A DNA stretch of 24,000 bases from the sequence record MN988525.1; one strand, 5' to 3'. Source of the DNA: Rhizobium phage RHph_Y65. Under the pieces are notes generated by a model, which saw only the letters and a program-made list of their open reading frames with translations, was not told where the DNA came from and did no database searches. Position 1 is the first letter of the stretch, and every line of letters starts with the position of its first letter. The position numbers and the translations under genes are program-made. Below, one piece after another: positions 19,001-24,000 of this stretch.

Positions 19001-19579
19001 CTAGGCTACTTGAAGGTTCCACTTGAATTTGGGTCTGTTAATCTTGGATCTAAATATGAAAAGGATCAGAGACTTTACATTCGAAATATCATTCCTAACT
19101 GCTTCAGAATCATCTGTAATGCTGATGCATTACAAGCGTACTATCGTTATGAGTTTACGATTTCTGATGCATTCTGGAAGATCGACACTATCAAACCTTC
19201 GACTAAACGATTTGAATACAATGTCGAATACGTAGCGAAGATTAAAGGTGTCAGCTTCAGAATGAAGATTGATAATATTCGTCATCCTGTAGCTCATAAG
19301 GATGGTGATCTGACTAAGCCTCTGACTAAGGATACAATTATCCAACGTGATACGACAGTCTTGTCAGGTATGCTGGCTACACAAGCAGTAGTATCTGACT
19401 CTTCTGTTAGTAACTTGACTAAGAATCTATCAGACGTTCTGACGGATGATGATATCACAATCATCAAAAGTACAGTGATGAAGAAGAAGGCAGATACTGC
19501 CAAGATGTCACTCACTAATGACTATATGCAACTCATCCTTGTCGGATGGCGTAAAGTCGAGCCTAAGTTCTCATTCTAA
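16055..19579 (+). CDS. Giant tandem MoxR-like AAA+ ATPase (1174 aa)
   Basis: Two AAA+ modules: Walker A-like LLVGHSGISKSAFVKEV with Walker B PVLFFDEINRAP and DRFIPIEI; then Walker A LLGRMGIGKTAKI with Walker B LVIVFDEINRAS, ESSGNYQVTPLDTATLHRF. FDEINRA is typical of the MoxR/CbbQ clade. Confidence 0.9.
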   Translation: MSINSRDYAPLLSYAKMLTSRLSTIPDVTMIGNFAKTPPNLNVFQIKPTLIRFGTDLLIQGDKSDIVLGSNYLAAHPKDEYEILEYEDPSIAARRFESTWGMTLEEYDDHVKVLNTQVATVNNESYVLDEETKAKMSDASDFLTRWIRMFSSKTNKAPLLVGHSGISKSAFVKEVISRLDAQSTEWGYRLVDIRAAYLDKTDLMGYISVESFKGNDVWTDSPKIEFLTSTSEFIKECRKFVTTTPRDDDNGEMWDIVKEYSKTPVLFFDEINRAPAYIQAQVMIIINQHRLNDYSLDLAPKIAAANVPIDMEDLDDTQKELIKYVLQDEITDKAIIDRFIPIEIKGKDKSVIDATYSYLTRRYATSGASMDLLESVYKKGKPLHDITTIDKYGKFRSHRGLEFVCTYLSGCEGAKEKPMLSVIKSLIGENATDDYVSYLAEKFKTTKENLSKKIFDLNESTSKFTAHCIKFNIPTMLLGRMGIGKTAKINAATKELDADVINIDLSSRDRTDISGFPSQYSFAQYIFSKGGQNDDLTTSSAFRQFEAQLVNNPNVPKKTTGFVGSGTLTRRLDEARASGKKLVIVFDEINRASPIVQSAVFEAISDKRFMGVSLEGIDYSVVSAGNWEDPNESSGNYQVTPLDTATLHRFASRVIDKMTEDDIGEMRDFIKTTYPNTYSALNMGQMSNNDIVQLLNTSSDEDDNAEPGTEWARPSFSMRTFQSLNEILDMYKFVWTQEMTVDESDDIVKVLESPNYILRDRAGEEVTLRTSGIKKYFPSLVVEDFIAKAAQMLGDDNVSVLDKSMILAELQYNEVTAYQSLEKAVRGVIPGSMLKHMGSGLRVYYTDLSKASVGAVDLDQLVMELSDNEIRKVLNKMISRSEASKTNDVIKSAIIALGQANEISVDYINKILSLYKSVVPTSTISLVDILNQIPDENIVSGGSEIVFNFIDLAAFPERDVILQSGSVSVGTPVSTNPTDYKFLGYLKVPLEFGSVNLGSKYEKDQRLYIRNIIPNCFRIICNADALQAYYRYEFTISDAFWKIDTIKPSTKRFEYNVEYVAKIKGVSFRMKIDNIRHPVAHKDGDLTKPLTKDTIIQRDTTVLSGMLATQAVVSDSSVSNLTKNLSDVLTDDDITIIKSTVMKKKADTAKMSLTNDYMQLILVGWRKVEPKFSF

Positions 19580-19588
19580 GGTGCAACC

Positions 19589-20290
19589 ATGCTTGTTTAT
19601 TCTTACATCTTATACGGATGGGCACAATCCACTATCACAGGTGGAGATGGCAGTAGTGCTAAGCGTCTGACTCTGATCAGAAAGCTTAATCAGGAGTTCA
19701 ATCTGCTACCCGACTCTCTCAGAGGGAAGGGTGGCAAGAATGACTTTGATACAGCTAGAGCATTGACGACATATCTATGTCAAATGTTGAAGGTACCTCC
19801 TATCAAGTTTCCTGATCCTGCTAGTTCTATCAAGTCTATGGATCAGGCTGTACTTGTTTCTGATAAACTCAGTATCGATGTCATCAACAAAGGTAGTCCT
19901 GTCTACTTTACGATGAGTAAAGTAATGCAGACGATTCAGAGTTCAGGTACAGATGCTCACAGAGCATATTTCTTGTCAGCTATCATCAATATGATGTTGG
20001 CAGGTAGTAGAATGTTCTTCACACTTGCAGCATCTCAAGGTAGTTATAACTACGATGAGTCGACTGCAATAACGTCGTATATCAATCGATTTACGAAGAT
20101 GAAGATCAGTACTTTTGGTAAGTCAATGACGTTCATGGAATTGAATTTCACTTCTATGACTGAACAGTTCAATAACTGCTACAGAGCTCTTGTCAGAGAC
20201 TATCCGAATCTTCAAATAAGCGATCCTAATGCGTTGATTGCATCAATTCGTCAGAATATCATTCTGTACCGTATGCAGGAGATCAAATGA
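19589..20290 (+). CDS. Unknown protein, 233 aa, in AAA+/VWA cassette
   Basis: 9 nt downstream of the AAA+ gene and overlapping the HExxH gene (ATGA). Confidence 0.65.
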   Translation: MLVYSYILYGWAQSTITGGDGSSAKRLTLIRKLNQEFNLLPDSLRGKGGKNDFDTARALTTYLCQMLKVPPIKFPDPASSIKSMDQAVLVSDKLSIDVINKGSPVYFTMSKVMQTIQSSGTDAHRAYFLSAIINMMLAGSRMFFTLAASQGSYNYDESTAITSYINRFTKMKISTFGKSMTFMELNFTSMTEQFNNCYRALVRDYPNLQISDPNALIASIRQNIILYRMQEIK

Positions 20291-21702
20291 CTGAAACTAT
20301 TTCATTGAATGAAGTAGATCACTGGGTCGAGACTAATCTTGAGGTCGAGAGCATCGTTGATGCTCTCGGTCTTAGATACAAAGAGCCTGTTGAGAAGGAC
20401 TATGGATACAGCTCAAAAGTTGAATTCACAGTAAATATCTCTCTGAACTCTGAAGGTCAAGATCTCATGATCATTGACGGTGGGTATTCATACAATAAAC
20501 TCAAAATCCATGATCTACCTGACAATGCTCCTGTTCAACTACAAGGTGCTACGAGAGCAGTATCAACAGATACTGACTTCAGACTGAAGACTCAGATTCC
20601 TATCCAGAATTATATTGAAGGAATCCTTGATAAACTACCTAATTTGATCATCACTAAAGAAGACATTATCTTCTCGTCAATTTATGTATCCAATGTGACT
20701 GGATTCAAGACATTTGCTAACGATATGAATCGATTCGAGACAATCGAAATCGACTCCAATCCTCAGGTGACATTATATGTTACTAAGGATCCTCTCGACC
20801 GTTACGTTTTAAGGTATAATCCTACGTTCATTTTGAAGACGATTATTCATGATTGGATCTTCAAGGCTACTGGATTCAAACTGATGGCCAAGTATGGTGG
20901 AGCAATGTCGACCTTTGCATATATGCTAGGTCATGAGATTCTTCACTATCGATTTGACCACTTCAATCCTGTTGTATCTGCAGCAATCGACTCCAAGTGT
21001 GTTGATGTAATTGCTCTTAAGAAAGCTGTCAATCCTAAAATGGCTAAATCGATCGTAAGATCGATGAGAACTGTTGCTGAAGAAATCATGGTTAATTCCT
21101 TGATGAGTCAGCTTATGGATATGCCAGCAGTCGATAGTGGTCTAACGACAGGATCTAATGGATCAGAAGACTTTAGTTACAAGAATAAATATTATCTTGT
21201 GATTGAAGGTCGAAAGATGTATTCTCAGGATCGCAAAGGTCGTACGACTTCTCATCTTCAGCCTTTAGATATTAATTCTGAAAAATTTAGTCGTAGAATA
21301 GCGTATAGTCTTAGTCTGACTAAGTATCAGGATGATGAACAGTACCCATATGGTAAAGTAATACTTAAACCAGGACATACTCATGTAGCTATACCTGTTG
21401 CAGGTAACTATGTGACATACCCTGATATTGTCTATCTGATGAATCTGTATGCTTCATTGACTACAGACGATTACTTCGGTAAGAAATATAAACCTAAGCC
21501 TCCGAAGATTGAGTATAAGATCGGTGATATTGTATCGACCTTCAATCATGAGATTTGCATCGTCTGTAATATAGTCAAAGCTAAAGGTGATGAACCTGAC
21601 AACTTGACTCTTTCTAGACTGAGTGAACAACAGCTCGACGATCTACGTAATCGTAGAGTAACAATTGAACAACTCGTTGAGATAGGGAAGAAAGATGGCT
21701 AG
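20287..21702 (+). CDS. HExxH metallopeptidase-like protein (resembles N-terminal metallopeptidase half of DUF2201 proteins)
   Basis: STFAYMLGHEILHYRFDHFNP contains HEILH (HExxH) with a downstream His. AIDSKCVDVIALKK and VAEEIMVNSLM are compatible with the metallopeptidase domain that normally partners a VWA-like domain. Confidence 0.65.
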   Translation: MTETISLNEVDHWVETNLEVESIVDALGLRYKEPVEKDYGYSSKVEFTVNISLNSEGQDLMIIDGGYSYNKLKIHDLPDNAPVQLQGATRAVSTDTDFRLKTQIPIQNYIEGILDKLPNLIITKEDIIFSSIYVSNVTGFKTFANDMNRFETIEIDSNPQVTLYVTKDPLDRYVLRYNPTFILKTIIHDWIFKATGFKLMAKYGGAMSTFAYMLGHEILHYRFDHFNPVVSAAIDSKCVDVIALKKAVNPKMAKSIVRSMRTVAEEIMVNSLMSQLMDMPAVDSGLTTGSNGSEDFSYKNKYYLVIEGRKMYSQDRKGRTTSHLQPLDINSEKFSRRIAYSLSLTKYQDDEQYPYGKVILKPGHTHVAIPVAGNYVTYPDIVYLMNLYASLTTDDYFGKKYKPKPPKIEYKIGDIVSTFNHEICIVCNIVKAKGDEPDNLTLSRLSEQQLDDLRNRRVTIEQLVEIGKKDG

Positions 21703-23221
21703 ATTCGTTGTAAGTTCTGACGTTGTTAATCCGTACAAGGTTATCTATCACGATGAGATGCCTACAGACGATGGTAGTGGAGATAAAGATCAGGAGTATA
21801 AGGACGCTACTGATGAGTATAGTGGTGACGTAATTAAATCTAAATCACCTAAACTGAAACCTCCTGAAGAAGCTCCTATTCCTGGTATGGAGAATAAAAG
21901 ACCTCAGACTCAAACTATTCTAGGGTCTAATAATCCTCCAGAAGAAGATCCTCCTCCACCTCCTCCTGGTCCAACTATGGAAGAGCCTGACGATACTCCT
22001 GATCCATCTCAACCTCCTCCACCTGATGCTCAATCATCTGATGATAAGACCACTAAGGATCCGTTGAATCAAAATCCTCCTACTCCTTCAGATGACTCTG
22101 ATAGTGAATATGATGACGATGATTTCGAAGATGGAGGAGACATTGAAGGAGATGATCCAGATGCTCTACCTGATCCTTCACGACCGTCTAATCGTAAGTC
22201 AGGTGATTCGTCTATAGATAGTAATCCTGATGATACTGGATTTACTTATCCGACTTCTTTCGATGATCTCGAAGATAGTGACGGTGAAGCAGGTGAGATT
22301 GGAGATATAGAGTCTGAAGATAGTGAACCTGATCCATTCGATGGTATGTCTGATGAAGAAATTCGTAAGGCTATCGAAAATGCTCAGGATGACATGTCAG
22401 ATGATGTCAAAGACACTCAACAGCAGATCGATCAATCTAAAGAAGATCTAGCTTCTATGAAACGTGTTGGTAATGGTATGAGTGGAGGAGGTGCTTCTGG
22501 TATCAGTCTTCTATCTCGTGCTAGTGCTGAGAAATTCACTAATCTTATGAAGCCATTCGATCAGTGGATCCGAGATCTGAAAGGTAAAGCTGGTCAGAAT
22601 CTTGTTTACAGTACTGATACTGTTTCAAGACGTGTCAAAGGACTATTTGGACGTGAGATCGACTCTGATAGTCACAAGGGTAAGGAACTGGACAAGGTTC
22701 TAGCTATTGTGTACGATACCTCAGGCTCGATGAACGCTAAGTTGATGACCAAAATCAGTAGTAGTCTGTTCTACAAATTGACTCGTGAAAAGATTGTCAA
22801 GTATATCTTGCCAATTCACTTCGACGGTAGACTGCCTACAAAATTCTATCGTGCTACTGAAGCTACTCCTGAGATCGAGAAGATGCTCAAGAATGGCTCG
22901 GGATCATATATCCAACCTGCATATCGTCAGTTGGAGAAATTGATCCGTGAGAATAAAAGCAAGATGAAGGTATCAGGTATTGTTATCATCTCAGACTATG
23001 ATATCTTCGATGCTGTAAAGCTACCAGACGATTTGTACAAAGAGTTGAAGGATATTCCGATCTTCTGCTTGCTAGTGGCAGACGGGAAACTGACTCCAAC
23101 TAATACGTCATTAGCTACTAAGTATAAGAATCAGTCTGGTCTAGATAGCAAGATGACTTTTGCTCTATTCGATGGATTGAACGTGAAAATGTTCATGAGA
23201 AACGGAAAAGTTTTGTCATGA
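21695..23221 (+). CDS. VWA-domain protein with acidic/proline-rich N-terminus (resembles C-terminal VWA-like half of DUF2201 proteins)
   Basis: KVLAIVYDTSGSMNAKLMTKISSSLFYKL (MIDAS DxSxS), ILPIHFDGRLP, GIVIISDYDIFDAV. About 170 N-terminal residues are low complexity, rich in Asp/Glu/Pro/Ser. Confidence 0.82.
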   Translation: MARFVVSSDVVNPYKVIYHDEMPTDDGSGDKDQEYKDATDEYSGDVIKSKSPKLKPPEEAPIPGMENKRPQTQTILGSNNPPEEDPPPPPPGPTMEEPDDTPDPSQPPPPDAQSSDDKTTKDPLNQNPPTPSDDSDSEYDDDDFEDGGDIEGDDPDALPDPSRPSNRKSGDSSIDSNPDDTGFTYPTSFDDLEDSDGEAGEIGDIESEDSEPDPFDGMSDEEIRKAIENAQDDMSDDVKDTQQQIDQSKEDLASMKRVGNGMSGGGASGISLLSRASAEKFTNLMKPFDQWIRDLKGKAGQNLVYSTDTVSRRVKGLFGREIDSDSHKGKELDKVLAIVYDTSGSMNAKLMTKISSSLFYKLTREKIVKYILPIHFDGRLPTKFYRATEATPEIEKMLKNGSGSYIQPAYRQLEKLIRENKSKMKVSGIVIISDYDIFDAVKLPDDLYKELKDIPIFCLLVADGKLTPTNTSLATKYKNQSGLDSKMTFALFDGLNVKMFMRNGKVLS

Positions 23222-23228
23222 GAAGCGA

Positions 23229-23256
23229 AGAGGAGGGTGCATAGCCTTCCTCTCTT
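23229..23256 (+). terminator. Intergenic hairpin upstream of tRNA
   Basis: AGAGGAGGGT (23229-23238) pairs with GCCTTCCTCT (23244-23253), 10 bp including two G-T wobbles, loop GCATA. No strong U-tract, so it could be a processing signal rather than a terminator. Confidence 0.5.
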
Positions 23257-23260
23257 GTCA

Positions 23261-23350
23261 GGAGAGGTGGCCGAGTGGTTGAAGGCACCTGACTACTAAT
23301 CAGGCATACGAGCAATCGTATCGTGGGTTCGAAACCCACCCTCTCCGCCA
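23261..23350 (+). tRNA. tRNA-Ser, anticodon ACT, CCA encoded
   Basis: Acceptor GGAGAGG/CCTCTCC, D arm GCCGAGTGGTTGAAGGC, anticodon arm CCTGA-CTACTAA-TCAGG (anticodon ACT at 23295-23297), 6-bp variable arm ATACGA-GCAA-TCGTAT, T arm GTGGG-TTCGAAA-CCCAC, discriminator G and CCA. Confidence 0.95.
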
Positions 23351-23372
23351 ATTATTAAGAATTGACTTACAT

Positions 23373-23795
23373 ATGTCTATTAGTTTGTATAACTACAAGA
23401 TCAACGTCATTCGAGTTATCGATGGCGATACGATTTATGCAGAAATTGATCTAGGATTCAATATTCGCATCAAAGATTACATTCGATTTGATGGAGTTGA
23501 TACTCCTGAGACTCGAGGATCGACAGCTACTGATTTAGGTCAGTGGGCTAAGATGTATACTAGTCTTTGGCTCAGAGGTCTTGAGGGACAATTTGATGAG
23601 TTGAAGACTCTGAATCTGGATGAGGCTTGGTCTAAAGTACCTCGTTCGGATACTGGTCCATGGCTTACTAATCTTTATCTGGATAGTAAGTCATATAATG
23701 ATCGTGAGAAATACGGTAGGATCCTTGGATATATCTATCGTAATGAAGCTCTGTCTTTGAATACCAGACTACTCCAAGAAGGTCTCAAGAAATAG
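23373..23795 (+). CDS. Staphylococcal nuclease-like (SNase/thermonuclease family) protein
   Basis: NVIRVIDGDTIYAEIDLGF, YIRFDGVDTPETRG, REKYGRILGYIYR, SLNTRLLQEGLKK are canonical SNase blocks including the catalytic Asp, Arg and Glu positions. Confidence 0.9.
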   Translation: MSISLYNYKINVIRVIDGDTIYAEIDLGFNIRIKDYIRFDGVDTPETRGSTATDLGQWAKMYTSLWLRGLEGQFDELKTLNLDEAWSKVPRSDTGPWLTNLYLDSKSYNDREKYGRILGYIYRNEALSLNTRLLQEGLKK

Positions 23796-23834
23796 GAGAA
23801 CTCTAATGGGTGACGACTCTAGCATCATACTTTA

Positions 23835-23879
23835 ACCTGTAGGTTCATACAGAAGAGGACTTCCTCTTTACCTGCAGGT
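23835..23879 (+). promoter_or_regulatory. Compound stem-loop in the leader of the last ORF
   Basis: ACCTGTAGGT (23835-23844) pairs fully with ACCTGCAGGT (23870-23879, one G-T), enclosing AAGAGG-ACTT-CCTCTT (853-868 of 23 kb). The next ATG is 10 nt downstream at 23889 behind AAGGAG. Confidence 0.55.
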
Positions 23880-23888
23880 AAGGAGAGT

Positions 23889-24000
23889 ATGATGGATAAG
23901 TTCAATCGAGCAGTACGTAGACATCATCGTAAACGTCTACGTGAAAATAGAAAGATCTACCACGGAGGACTCCAGTGGGTGATCGATCGTGAGAAAGCTA
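23889..24000 (+). CDS. Basic protein of unknown function, partial (runs off window)
   Basis: ATGATGGATAAG... open to the window end: MMDKFNRAVRRHHRKRLRENRKIYHGGLQWVIDREKA. SD AAGGAG just upstream. Confidence 0.55.
   Translation, partial: MMDKFNRAVRRHHRKRLRENRKIYHGGLQWVIDREKA

Noticed and set aside
429-19515. Numerous minus-strand ORFs of 60-111 aa listed in the track (e.g. 5040..5375, 6911..7228, 16589..16921)
   Set aside because: All lie antisense inside confident plus-strand genes, have no recognisable motifs, and reflect codon composition of the sense strand.
23295-23297. Reading the anticodon as GCT (ordinary tRNA-Ser)
   Set aside because: The 7-nt loop between the perfect CCTGA/TCAGG stem is CTACTAA, which fixes the anticodon as ACT from the supplied sequence.
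1-24000. CRISPR array, transposon or integrase
   Set aside because: No regularly spaced direct repeats, terminal inverted repeats or transposase/recombinase motifs were seen. HNH and GIY-YIG proteins are free-standing and not inside interrupted genes, so intron homing is not supported here.
1-24000. Sigma70-like or phage-specific promoters
   Set aside because: Scattered TATAAT-like strings in an AT-biased sequence, but no convincing spaced -35/-10 pair or repeated upstream motif could be supported by eye.

Overview
The window is a dense, entirely plus-strand gene block with the texture of a large tailed-phage (probably jumbo myovirus) genome: short intergenic gaps, ATGA/TAATG overlaps, many small unknown ORFs and a tRNA. 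Recognisable modules are: (i) a lysis/nuclease region with HNH, SLT-like lytic transglycosylase and GIY-YIG proteins; (ii) a HAD hydrolase; (iii) a two-subunit T4-type type II topoisomerase (gp52-like, then gp39/60-like); (iv) a sugar or glycan-modification cluster with an NAD-dependent epimerase, two glycosyltransferase-like proteins and a polysaccharide pyruvyl transferase; (v) a ParM/actin-like ATPase behind two small unknown ORFs, followed by a perfect 14-bp hairpin terminator; (vi) a DUF72 protein overlapping a SLOG/DprA-like protein; (vii) a translationally coupled cassette at 16055-23221 encoding a 1174-aa tandem MoxR-like AAA+ ATPase, a 233-aa unknown, an HExxH metallopeptidase-like protein and an acidic/proline-rich VWA protein; (viii) a serine-type tRNA with the unusual anticodon ACT, followed by an SNase-like nuclease. 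The best candidate for an undescribed system is the tandem-AAA+/HExxH/VWA cassette. The tRNA-Ser(ACT), the strong apparent over-representation of GATC, and recurrent intergenic hairpin/GCCTTCCT elements are independent points of interest. Everything here was read by eye. No database search or folding program was run.
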